A stretch of DNA of 64,000 bases, from assembly GCA_973895155.1 (NCBI GenBank), contig OZ316898.1:1463927-1527926 (forward strand), in the 5' to 3' direction. Below are positions 38,443 to 51,059 of the stretch, piece after piece. Position 1 is the stretch's first letter, and each line of letters starts with the position of its first letter. A program made the translations under genes and the position numbers. Below the pieces are notes generated by a model that was not told where the DNA came from, searched no databases, and worked only from the letters and a program-made list of their open reading frames with translations. This DNA comes from Marsupella aquatica. Taxonomy: Eukaryota; Plantae; Marchantiophyta.

Positions 38443-38710
38443 CTTGGGAGGTTAACTAAGTATATATTTTGGAGTACCACGTGCAATCATAGCCTAATAT
38501 AAATAGACTTATTTTAATTATAAAAAATATTCCAAAAATATTCTCAATTTTCAATATTAATAATCTAAGTATTTTATTTTATAAAAGGTATATATTAGAT
38601 AATATTTTATTTTGCCTCCTATGTTTTTTAATAATTTAGTTAATTCTATAAAAAATACATATTTTGGATCGCACATGGTTCCTAAGATTTTTTATAGTCA
38701 ACCCCCCAAG
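38443..38710 (-). mobile_element. MITE copy 3 (inverted)
   Basis: cttgggaggttaact ... agtcaaccccccaag; reverse complement of the copy 1/4 body; flanks ctgtgaag / ctctgaaa. Confidence 0.78.
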
Positions 38711-38981
38711 CTCTGAAACCTTGATAGCAAAGTTAAGTTAGAGTCCTTTTGCTTTTGTGTGCTACCTTGTTATGGTGTTACCTTGTCCGGGAGCCTATTC
38801 AATCTTATTGATATTTTTATATGTAAGTATCTTTTGTTCCAATCTGCCTCACAAGATGTGCATGTTTGTGTTTATTATTGGACTTTGAATTGTATATTCC
38901 CCCCTCTTAAGATTTTTAATTTCATTTTAAAGAATCCCTCTTCAGGTAGATATTTAGTTTTCAATTCTGCCAAGCCGTTGT

Positions 38982-39428
38982 GCTTAAGAATGACATAGTT
39001 AATTGCTTCAAAAAGCGTACTAGTGTTGAGCTGAAGGGCAAGAGATCCACGAATTAATTGTTTAATCTCCTTCCATCTTTCAGTGACTGTGCGACAACTG
39101 AAAAAGAGATGCTCAGTATGTTCGAAGGTTGACTTGCATCTAGAGTGGATCCCGTCAGAGACCTTCCAATGGCTGCCCCTGCCGTTCGTGTAGAACCCGT
39201 GATTAAGTAAGCGCCAGATGAAGAACCTCATCTTAGGCATGGTCCATCCTCCCCACAATTCCTTCCACCTGGTTTCCCAGCATTCAGGCTGGCTCAATTG
39301 ACCCCATCGTCTATTAAGCTTGGTGACATCGTATGTCTGTGGGAGGTCGCAATTGACCCAAGTTCTGTTGGGAAACTGCCAAGTAACCTTGATTCCGCCC
39401 TGTCCACTCCCAACGCCACCCAGCACAG
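38982..39428 (-). mobile_element. fragment of an L1-type LINE ORF2 (zf-RVT region)
   Basis: WKELWGGWTMPKMRFFIWRLLNHGFYT...C...EHTEHLFFSC zf-RVT signature; flanked by a 15-bp direct repeat ctgccaagcc(g/t)ttgt (38967-38981 and 39429-39443). Confidence 0.8.
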
Positions 39429-39638
39429 CTGCCAAGCCTTTGTAAGACCTAGATATAATTTAGTTTTCAATTCTGCTAAGCCTTTGTAAGACCATGAGCA
39501 CTGAGGACCTTGCACAAGTACCATGTAACCCAAAACTAATTTATTTTTGCTTGAAGTGGTTCATAAAATATTTATCCCAATGCTAACCAAGAATAATTGA
39601 TTTTGTCATTTGGGCTTCATTGTTACTTGGGGACTGAT

Positions 39639-39925
39639 CTCGGGGGGTTGACTATCAAAAATCTTAAGAACCACGTGCGATCCAAAATATGTATTTTTGA
39701 TAGAAATTAACTAATTTTTTCTTAAATGTAGAAGACAAAAAAAGGTAGTATAAACTCATGTTTATAAAATATTCTCTAATATATATCTTTTATAAAATAA
39801 AATAAGTTATTAATATTAAAAATAGAATACATTATTGAAATATTCTATTTTTAAAATAGATCTATTTTTATATTAGACTAGGACCGCATGTGTACCCCAA
39901 AATATATACTGAGTTAACCCCCAAG
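39639..39925 (+). mobile_element. MITE copy 4
   Basis: ctcggggggttgact ... agttaacccccaag terminal inverted repeats; body matches copies 1-3. Confidence 0.78.
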
Positions 39926-41727
39926 AGACTTACCCTTGTTGTTGTTATGAGGTTCCCCCCTAGGCCCTCACTCCTAGTATATTATACACACATACATGTG
40001 AGCCTCCCTTCCTCTAGGACCCCTACTTATTATTTTTCTCACATTGAGATAAACTTTGTTTTGTAAAAATTACATTTTTGCTATTTTTCATGTGTCTTGA
40101 GTATGTTATAAAAAATAGTTTTGGGCAATAATATTTATCCTTCATAGATTGCAAATTTTAGTGCATTCAAAAGGATTTAAGAATGGAGAAAACATAATGT
40201 AAGTGGTGATAGCAAGGATGTATATTTATTTATGTTCTACTAATGAAGAACTTTGCCTATTTGGCTAATACAAACCCAATCATCTATACATAAAGGCTAT
40301 TAAAAGTCTATTGTATGTATTAATCAAGATAAAAAAACTACAAAACTTGTGGACCAAAAGAGTCTAGAGGCCCCTATGATTTCTGCCATCAAAAGTACAT
40401 CGTCACTTAGGGTCTCAATTACGAGTAGTGACCATTGTGCTTGAAATGCCCAAAATAATGATTGTAAAAATGTGTTGGAACAACTGGAGGCACAGGTTTC
40501 AGATGTCCAGTACCAGGTCCGCTCCTGGTCCCACTCCGGCTCACTCTAGAGAACTTCTTTATCACTATTGTTCCCACCATAGTCATATTGAAGTCCCCAA
40601 TAAACCTGACCCAAAAATGGACAAACACCATGAATCAGTTGCACTCTAAATATAGTTTTCAAAGTTCCCAAGATTATAAAAAAATGTTTATTTCCATTAG
40701 AACATGCTTAATATAGTGTTTTCACATTTTATTGCCTTCACTTCAATCTGTAAGAGAAATTATAATTGACGAATGATAAACAACATGCGTGTACCTATCC
40801 CAAATTTAGTCATATTTAAACAACACAAGATAAGAACATATTGGGCCTGTTGCGTGTCATTATCCCCTAAAGAAGAAGATATGAAGGTATATATTGACTT
40901 ACTAGATACTATATCCCTAAAACAAATAAAACACCCTTTACTTTGTTCACACATGATGTCAAAATTTGTGGAAGTGACCCCCCCCCCCCAAGCTAAGACA
41001 TACCTATTGGCTTAGGATATATATTTGGGCATTCCTTGGGCATTAATACATTTTGATATATCAATGCAAACATATATAGACAAAACACATGTATGGACAC
41101 ATGATGTACCAATTAAGAATGGACACATGTACCACTAATGTAATGCCACGTGTTGTTACCTATTAATCCCCCCTTCCATAGAAATAAAAATGAGAACATT
41201 TAAAAGGGTCTTGCAAAATTAGAAGGAGGTTCAAGAATATATGTGGAGGTTAGTTCGGGGGTTAGTTGCTTGTAAAGTAATTATAAAAATTATTGCAAAA
41301 GGGATAAAATTGACCCTTGAATGGTTCTCACGTCCTTCCCGTATTAGAATGGAGTGGGGGCCAGGGGGTTTCCTTTCTACTTGTTCTTTCAAAGCCCATT
41401 GTGGCTCTTTTGCCTTCTCGCTTGCTTGGTCTCCCCTTCCGTAGGGTTCACGCGAAATAAACCAAAAAATAAATTGATTTTGAGTTGTGTTTTTGATTAT
41501 TTGGCTAGTGCCGCTCGGCTAGGCGGCTTTGTTGGTGAGGGCTTGCCTGACTCGGGGACTACTATGGGATTCTGTTGAGTCATCTGGCCTGCCCGCTGGT
41601 GGCGGATGGGGGGGGGGGACTTTTGAAAATCTACAGACCTAAATTGTCCTTGGGTTTTGTCTTCATCACGCCAACTGCCTCACTTAATTAATCTTAGCTA
41701 TTATTTATTATGGTCGTTAGGCAGATC

Positions 41728-42074
41728 TGTTAGATATTACTCTAGTCTTGTGACTCATGAGCTAACTATAGTTAGGCTAACTTGGGTTAGGACTTAGCTA
41801 ATGTTAGCGGTAGTGCTATTGTGTATATAGCCAGGGCTGATGCCAGACCCTGGTGGAACTTAGGCTCATTGATACGGAGCTAGTTGAGAGATAGTGAGAG
41901 CTTGTGCTGTGGATGCTTGGTATGGCCGGTCGGCCTAGAGTGCAGTAAAGCTCTTGTGTGTTCCCGTGGACGTAGCCTCATCATGTGGAGGTGAACCATG
42001 TATCTCTCTATGTTGACTATTGTGAGTTGGATGGTTCATGGGCTTACCGTTACAAATGTCGTCTATGCTCAACA
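41728..42074 (+). repeat. 5' LTR
   Basis: tgttagatat...gctcaaca; matches 48200-48542. Confidence 0.95.
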
Positions 42075-43950
42075 AGTGATATCAGAGGATGCCTGGGAGG
42101 TGACGAGGTTTTTTCATGACGGGTTTTCCAACGTTCAGTGTCGGTGACACATTCGGAGTTTTGTCGCATGAAACTCGAATGTGTGTGGTTGTGCGGATAG
42201 GTTAGTGAGAGGGCTTTCTAACGGTGGTTAGAACTCGCTGATCGGTTTCCGTGGTGCGGAGGAATTGAAGTTTGCGTCGCTCAGGTTTTATTCGTGTTTG
42301 ACTGTATTTCGGGGGAGAGACCAGAGTTTGCATTTTTCAACGGTGTGAGCTGTGCGGTGCGGGAGGGATCACACATTATAGCTTAAGTTGAAGGTTGAAG
42401 CGAGCTGGTCGTTTTGGTAGCTGGATAGTTGCCGAGTTGTTACTGAGTGCGACATGACGAGTGAAGGAGGCATTCAGGTTTTTTCATATGGAGCTTGTTC
42501 TCATCTGAACCGGGTTTCTCTTTGTGACGTCCAACTCGGTGGAAGAAACGCGAAGTGCTACGACTCAACGGTTTGATCACGGCGAGGTGGTCGTTTTGAG
42601 TCTGGGATTGACACTTGACGCAGAGTGAAGGCGACGCGACGACAATAATTTACTCTGCTGGAGTAGACTGTGCCGATGAAATTTGGCCACTTTTACCGTC
42701 GGCGGCATTCACTTTCCTTGTCTCAAACTGCGGCTTATCAAGGTGAGTTAAACTTTCAATTTTACCCGGGGGAGTTTTTTGCCTTTTTAGGGGGTTTAAA
42801 GGGGTTAATTTAGTGTGTTGGCCCCGCACCCCCCCTCGTATTTGTATCCCCCCACGCACTCCCATTTTTCAAGGCATGCGGCAACCCTACGCAGCGCCGG
42901 CCGGCGCGAAAACAGCCGCCCGACTGCTGCTGCCTCCCTCCTCCTCGGCCCGTCGTTACATCTCCCGGCCCTGCTCACCGGCTTGCGACCTGACGGTCGC
43001 TCCCCCTCCCGCAAGCAGGCACGCGCCCTGCCACCTTTAGTGCCCCATTTCTCCCTTGCGAACTTCCTTGCGACTACCCCGGGCCCCGACTGGGTGCCCC
43101 GCTTCGCTGCCGGCCTCCTCACAGCCCCCGATAGCCCTTCGTCCGGCCCTGCCATCCGCCGTGAAGTGGCTATTTTTTACTCCTCACCCCTGCCGCGACG
43201 CCCTGTACACCCCTTGGCCCGCCTGTATTTTTAGGATTTAGGGACTTTGCACCCCCTTTAAGGCCCTATTTTTAACCATTTTCCTTCCTTTTGTTCTACT
43301 TGATTGTCGGGACCTGCCGCCCTCCATTTTAACCGCTCAGACAGGGGGAACGGCCCCCTGTGAGACCTGTCGGACTATGTGGGAATATTCCCAAAAAATA
43401 GAGAGTTGTTTTTTGGCCGTCCAACGAAGATTCTGTCCGCCAAACAGTAATTTTTTTGGTTCTTTTTTGGCGAGGACGTTGCCACTGGAGTTAGCAACGC
43501 AACGCATCGATCACATTGCGATTCCGACGACGGGTTGTACTTGGTATTTTGGTTATTCTCCAAGGTGGTCAAAACGGGGGAGTTTCCCAAGGTTTTACCC
43601 ACCCCGACCAAAATTTGAATAACTTTTTCGTTAAATTTTAATTTTGATTTTGGCTTTCAGTATTGGACTCCTAGCTTCGTGGGCTACGCAACGGTGTTGA
43701 GTTTTGAGTTTTATGAGAAGTTTCAAAAAAAGACATTTTTTTGTGATTGTTTCATATGAGTGACTCGGAGGATACTGGAAGAATTGGCGTCGGTGGAGCT
43801 TCAGGATCGCGACGGTCAGACGGAGAGTCTGAGGAGGAGCTGCTATCGTTTGAGGAGGGACAAGTAACACCGGTATGATCACCGGTGCAGCGTGCAGTGG
43901 AGGAAGCTGTACTACTACCAGAGCTGTCAGTAGTAAGGAAGAAGAGGGAG

Positions 43951-46900
43951 ATGGCTAGATTTTGAGGAGTGAAGTTTGAGGTGGAGAAATATGATGGTCG
44001 TACTGACTACTTGTTGTGGGAGAAGCAAGTGAAGGGTGTTCTTCGGGCCATGGGCTTAGCTCATCTGCTTTCATTGCGAGAGCAGTATGATGGAGAGGAT
44101 GAGATTTCTATGAGACAGTGGAGACAGGAGCAGGTGATTGCTGTCAATGCAATGATGCTATATCTCAAGCCACACATTATTAAGTAGCTAGATGATTATG
44201 CGGATTGCGCGTCACTGTTCAAGGCTCTTAGAGAGAAGTACTACCGAGAAGATGCGTCAGACCGGCTGTACAAGAAGTCTCTCTTGATGAGCCTCAAGCT
44301 CAAGGAAGGGAGCAAGATGCAGGATCACCTGGATGAATTTGACAGTCTAGTGGTGGATCTGTCAAACTTGGAAAAAGGAGTTGAAGATGAGGATAAGGCC
44401 TTGCTTCTGCTAAGCTCCTTACCGCCGTCATATCAGGGCTTGAAATAGGTGCTCTTGTATAGAGATCTGAAGTCCATTTCGTATAATGAGGTGGTGAGCT
44501 CTTTACTGTCTGATGATGCTTAGAAGAAGCTGGGTCAATCACAGACAGCATCTTCTTCTGGCACTGCGCTGAATGTGAACCGTGGGAGAGCAGCGCAGCG
44601 CTCAAATGGACAGAACAGGTTTAGATCTACATCACGGGGGAGATCTAAATCCAGAGGGAAATTGCAAGAGAGGAAGCCTCTTGCATGTTGGAATTGTGGC
44701 AAGCCTGGCCACATGAAAAGGGATTGTCGAGTAAAGGTCCCTACTGCCTCTACTAATGCGACATCGAGCTCGCATGAGGTAGATTTACTCGATGATGATC
44801 ACATATTGTGATATCAAGGTTATGCTCTCAACGTAGTGTCAAATCCAGGTAGTGATGACTGGATTCTAGATAGTGCATGTACTTTTCACATTTGCTCTAG
44901 GAGAGATTTTTTTGGTTTTTACACAGTTTCCAACGGGTCAATGTTGATGGGAAATGGAATCCCATGTCAAGTTGTTAGACTTGGATCTGTTAGATTTCAG
45001 ATGTTTGATGGTGTTGTGAGAACGAAGAGGAATGTGAGACATATTCCCAACATGATGAAAAATCTCATTTCACTTGGAGTTTTAGAAGCAAATGGCCATC
45101 AGTGGAGTTCTGCTAATGGTGTCCTTCAGGTTTCAACTGGTACTAAAGTTGTATTGAAGAGAAAGAGACTTAGCAATCTATACGTTTTAGAGGGCAGTGT
45201 AGTATGTGATGAAGCCAATGTAACCTTATCTCATGAGGAGACGGCCCGGCTATGGCACTTCCGTTTGGACCACATGAGTGAAAAAGATTTGGTTACTTTT
45301 CAGAAGAAAGGATTACTTTCTAATTTGTAATCTTGTAAGTTGGAATTTTGTGAGCACTGTGTGTTAGGAAAGCAGCACAGGAAACCCTTCGGAGTTGGAA
45401 CTCACACCAGCAAGGAGGTACTTGAGTATGTACATAGTGATGTGTGGGGTCCAGCCCCTACTCCCTCACATTCTGGACGGTTATACTATGTCACGTTCAT
45501 TGACGATTACTCAAGATATGTGTGGATATACTTTCTACACAGTAAGTCTGATGTTTTTGCCACTTTTAAGGAGTGGAAAGCCCAAGTTGAGAATCAGACT
45601 AGTAATAAGATGAGATATCTTCAATCGGATAATAGCGGTGAATACAGTTCCGGGGAATTTGGAACGTATTGTAAGCAGCAGGGCATTACCCGCCATCTCA
45701 CAACAAGTTATACTCCTCAACAGAATGGTGTTTCTGAGAGACTCAATCGAACACTATTGGACCGCTCAAGGAGTATGTTGATTCAATCATGCTTACCACA
45801 TGAGTTTTGGGCTGAAGTTGTCAACACTACAGCTTATTTGGTAAATTTTTCTCCATCCAATTCTATTGGATTAAAGACGCCATTTGAAATGAGGTACGGG
45901 CGTCCAGCAAATTACTCACATCTAAGGATTTTTGGATGTGATGCTTATGTGCTTATGTACACCTTCCCAGCTTCGATCCAAGCTGGAGTCCAAGTTGAAG
46001 AAGTGCATTTTCCTTGGCTATCAGAAAGGTGTGAAGGGCTATAGGTTATGGGATCCAGTAACCTGTAAACTAATTGTCAGTAGAAATGTGTCCTTTAATG
46101 AATCTAGATCATCAAAGGAGGGGGAGAGTTCTCAGGACTCCCATACTGACAAGGGGAAATCTCTCATCCCGGACCGGGTTGAGGGGGAGATTAGACATGA
46201 TGCAGTTCATAACAGGAGAGATGAAAGCTTCGGGCTTGGAGCTGGTTCCTGTGATGGAACAAGAGGAGCAGATTGTTGTTGGGGTACCTCAAATTCAACC
46301 AGCAGCAGTAGCAGATCAACATGAGTCATCTACTAGAAGAACTTCTAGTTGTTCTACTAGAGCTCCTACCAGGTATGGTCAATGGGCAGACTCATCTAAG
46401 CTAGATGATATTCACATTGCACCTGATGATGATGACATGGCTTTGATCTTGGAAGAAAGAGAACCTTCTTCATACAGTGAGGCTTGTGCTTCAGAGCAGA
46501 AGCATGAGTGGAATGCAGCAATGCAGAGGGAGTTACAATCTTTGAGTGATAACAAGACATGGGAGCTGGTGGAGCTTCCAAGAGGTCAGCAAGTGGTGGA
46601 CAGCAAGTGGATTTACAAGTTGAAGGACAGTCCTTCAGAGGGTGGAGATAAGATCTACAAGGCAAGGCTTGTTGCCAAAGGATTCACTCAGGAGAAAGGA
46701 GTGGATTACAATGAGGTCTTTTCACCGGTGGCTAAGTATTCCACAATTCGGATCTTGTGTTAGCTTGTTGTGTTTTTTGGTCTGGTGATGGATCAGATGG
46801 ATGTTGTTACTGTTTTTCTCTATGGCAACTTGGAAGAATTGATATTTATGAGACAGCTAGTAGGCTTTATGAAGAAGGGCCAAGAGAACTTAGTTTGCAG

Positions 46901-47990
46901 ATTGCTCAAGTCCTTGTATGGATTGAAGCAATCTCCCAGACAGTGGAACAAGCGGTTTGATGATTTCATGCTTGCTCAAGGTTTTACAAGGATGGTGTAT
47001 GATCCTTGTGTGTATACGAAATCAATCAAGAATGATGTGTTTGGTTTCATCATTCTGGTTATTTATGTGGATGACATGCTGATTATGGCTAAAGATCAAT
47101 CTGAGGTTGAGAGTCTCAAGGCAAAATTGAGTGCTGAATTCAGGATGAAGGATCTTGGTAAGGCCAAGAGGATCTTAGGGATGGAGATTTTTAGGAACTC
47201 TGAGACTGGACAGTTGTGCTTGAGTCAAGGCCAGTATGCAAGGAAAGTACTTGCACGATTCAACATGGAAAACTCTAAGCCAGTGAGTATTCCTTTAGCT
47301 TCACATTTCAAGTTATCATCGGCCTTCTCTCCTACGGATGCTGTGGAGAAAGGTCTGATGGCTAAGATTCCTTATGAGAAGGCAGTAGGCAGTTTGATGT
47401 ATTTGATGACTTGTACTAGGCCTGACTTAGCCCTAGCGATGGGCAAGGTTAGCAGATTCATGTCAAATCCAGGGAAGGTACATTGGGAAGCTGTGAAGTG
47501 GATTCTCAGGTATCTGAAGGGAACACAGAACTATGGATTACTATTTGATAATAGATCAGATAGAACGTTAGTTGGCTATGTAGATTCTGACTATGGAGGC
47601 TGTTTGGATACAAGGAGGTCTACAACTGGGTTTGTATACACTCTTGGAGGAGGATGTATCAGTTGGAAATCTACCTTGCAGAAGTGCATTTCTCAGTCTA
47701 CTACAGAAGCAGAGTATGTTGCAGCAACAGAAGCAGCAAAGGAAGCAATTTGGTTGGATAAGTTGATCGCGGAGATGGGTTTAGAGTATGGCAAAATGAC
47801 TCTAAACTGTGATAGTCAGAGTGCTCTTCACTTGGCTACTAACCAGGTGATGGATAGCAGGGTGAAGCACATTGATATGAGGTACCATTTTATCAGTCTG
47901 ATAAAACTTTTGAGCTAGTCAAGATTGACGGAAAGCTCAATCCCGCTGATGCCTTTACCAAAGTGACTCCTTTGCAGGTTTTGCAGTTGT
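43951..47990 (+). pseudogene. copia gag-pol polyprotein with multiple stops and frameshifts
   Basis: KFEVEKYDG (gag), CWNCGKPGHMKRDC, DDWILDSAC, LWHFRLDH, VHSDVWGP, TPQQNGVSER, YKARLVAKG, LYGLKQSPRQW, YVDDML, VGYVDSDY and STTEAEY, split over several frames. Confidence 0.95.
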
Positions 47991-48199
47991 AGTGCAAGTA
48001 GAGTTATTTAGCAATGTGTGACTATTTGTATATGGATTACTCATTCCTGTTTGGCTACGGCTTAGTTCTAGTTAACCCTTAGTTAACCCTTGTGGTTTTT
48101 AGGGGGAGACCTGGTTTGGTGATTGTCTAGAACTTCCCGCTGAGGATTCCATATGGTAGCATTTAGTCCAGTCCCCAAGACAAGAGTCAAGGGGGAGTT

Positions 48200-48542
48200 T
48201 GTTAGATATTGCTCTAGTCTTGTGACTCATGAGCTAACTATAGTTAGGCTAACTTGGGTTAGGACTTAGCTAATGTTAGCGGTAGTGCTATTGTGTATAT
48301 AGCCAGGCTGATGCCAGACCCTGGTGGAACTTAGGCTCATTGTTACGGAGCTAGTTGAGAGATAGTGAGAGCTTGTGCTGTGGATGCTTGGTATGGCCGG
48401 TCGGTCGAGAGTGCAGTAAAGCTCTTGTGTGTTCCCGTGGACGTAGCTTCATGTGGAGGTGAACCACGTATCTTTATGTGTCGACTATTGTGCGTTGGAT
48501 GGTTCATGGGCTTGCCGTTACGAATGTCGTTTGTGCTCAACA
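48200..48542 (+). repeat. 3' LTR
   Basis: tgttagatat...gctcaaca followed by the TSD agatc. Confidence 0.95.
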
Positions 48543-51059
48543 AGATCAACTATCACCAAATTAGTTCCTTAGGACAAAACCCACTTAGGATTCTAACCAC
48601 TTGTTCCGCTGTGATGGCTGTCTTCCATCCCTTTGATGGTTCTGATCCTACGGTCACTCTTAGTTGTCGCTTAATGGCTGTCTTCTCTCAAATTGTATAA
48701 TTTCCCTCAGTCACGAGGACTAAGTAAGTATTCTCAGAAAATTTCTTCAGGGACTAGACTCGAAGGGAAGCCCTTGAACCTGGGCAGTTTGGATCAGGTT
48801 TTAGGAAGATTTCATTGTGAGAAGAGGCAGGCATTTGGGCCGTTGAGCGCATAGAGGAGGAAGGGGAGGCTATGGAGTTACTGGCAACGGCTGGGAGTCA
48901 CAATGGTGCACCTAGAGTGATGTAGGATTGACCGCGCTCATCGCGATGGTGTTGACACACTAGATTATTGTGTTGTCATTTCAGCGGAAAGGCAGGGGAG
49001 CGGGCAGTGGATCTTGGTGGGAGACTTGTCGAAGCCCAGATTGTGCCATAGTCGGATGTGGAGAGAGACTGGTGACGGAGGTCGTGGACTTGGAATCCTG
49101 CACAGCTCGAGTGGCGCTGTCGCTCATAGCCTGCTCGTTGGTGTACAACACGGTCAGCATCGAGCTAGCTCCCCTCTCCGGGTTCTACTGGGCCTGGGCT
49201 CCCATCCTTGGCACTCTGCTGCCCAACTTACTTCTGCGCTCCGCTATGGAATACCCTTGCAAATGAGTAAATTAGTTCAGTTGCATTGGGAAACGTAACG
49301 AAACAGTTGGCATAGCAGAAATTCACCATACTTAATAAGATTAGCTGAGCAAGCACTTGTCTAACTGTTTGATCACATTTTGTTTTATGCGCCTTCTTTT
49401 GGACCTTACATCTCAACGCAATGTGTATGGACACAACTTACTACTAAATCACATTTTGTCGCATTCACCTTCTTCTCGACCTTCAATCTCAACGCAATGT
49501 TTATCAATTGACTTGTCCATGGTTTACTCAAATGGAGGACATAGGACATAGAGTACTTCTTTTGCACTTTTTGTAAGTGGAAACAGGAAAAATAATTTAC
49601 TAGATAAATATAAATAAATAAATAAATATAAATATATATATATAATGCTAAACTACAAAATATGAGTGCAAACCCTTGAGAACTGTTTTTATTGGTAAGG
49701 CGCACAACTCCATCAGACTTAAACTGAGTGATAAGTGTATGATCTTTTTCCATATAGTAAAGCTTGGACTTATGGGGTAGGGGCACAATTTGGTTCAGTT
49801 TTCAAAACTATGGAGGATTTATTTCACCAGGTTCGAATTTATTGACCGATGCCCTGGAGGGCGAAGGCCTTCCACCCACATGGGGAGTATTCTTCTTCTG
49901 GTGCTCGAAGGGTACCTCCATCACACTAACACTTAGTGATAGGTGCATCACCTTTTCCCATGGAGTAAACCTTGCACTTATGGGGTGGGGGGTTACATTT
50001 AGGGTGGTGGGAGATTACATTTAGGGAGAGGATGTACAAGCTAGGTGGGAATCAAGCGATTGCTGACTGAGAGAGGGCCATAGTACATGGAGGCACTGTA
50101 GCTCCTTTTCACCTTTTGGGTAATGCACAATTCCACATGTTTGCACTTACCAATCTTACTAATAATTCACAAACAGAAGCTACCTCAAATGCCTACTGGG
50201 TCTAGAGTGAGGCCTCTAGACAGTGATTCTACTCTAACTCACAAAACACAGAGTAAAAGATAAACCAAAACAACTAGGAATAGTATTTTGTGTAAGTTAC
50301 CTTTTCGTCCTCATCTTTTTTCGTTCAAGGAACGGGTAGTCAAGGCTAGTTAATGTAACCAGCTTTAAGTACACAATGGATGCTTCTCGGCGGGGGTGTG
50401 AGTTTAGGGAAAGACTACTGTACAATACCATGGCTGTACTTACTTTTTGCGGGTCAGCAGATGAACTGGGTCCCTTGCAACTGGGTATCAGTTAAATTGA
50501 AAATTTCTTTGCCATGTCAGGATTCCGTATGCCTTGCGGTAAGCACCCACCTCTTTTTCTGCTGGATTGGTCTCAGTGCAGGCGAAGGTTTTTGAAGGGA
50601 TGGTAGCAGCAAGGAATTGGGGCGGCCATGGCAACAGCAACCGCAGTGGCTAGCGGCAGCCCGGACTCTTCTCTTTTCATCAATTGCAGTGAGCCCTGCC
50701 AGAGTTTTCTCCTCCAACTCGTTCCAACTCTACCTTCCCGGGTCCTGCATAAGCCTATGGAGCCGGCGAATGGAATTTGACGACAAGCAGCGGAAGGTTT
50801 CTGTCTGTCCGACGACCTTACAAACATAGCCTTTTATATTTCTTCACGGAGATTCCGGCATTGCTGTCTGATTCAGCTTGTGACCGTAATGTTGGGCGAA
50901 GATCAGAATATGGCTGCGAAGACCAGTATTTCTTTGAGAGACCGAGTGAAGGATGGTCTTATGCCATTCTGTTGAGATCCAGTAGCTTGTTGAAACATTA
51001 ACGAAATGTGGCCGAACAACGCTTGTGAATTGCTGCAAAGTGTCCCTCGAAAACGGTCG

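Larger units (their letters stand above)
41728..48542 (+). mobile_element. full-length, decayed Ty1/copia LTR retrotransposon
   Basis: LTRs 41728-42074 and 48200-48542 (TG...CA); 5-bp TSD AGATC on both sides; mutated PBS tgatatcagagg at ~42077; PPT aagggggag at 48189-48197; domain order gag-PR-INT-RT-RNase H. Confidence 0.97.

Noticed and set aside
42805-43241. Overlapping GC-rich ORFs as genes
   Set aside because: Low-complexity Pro/Ala/Arg translations on both strands inside a retrotransposon leader; expected from GC content.
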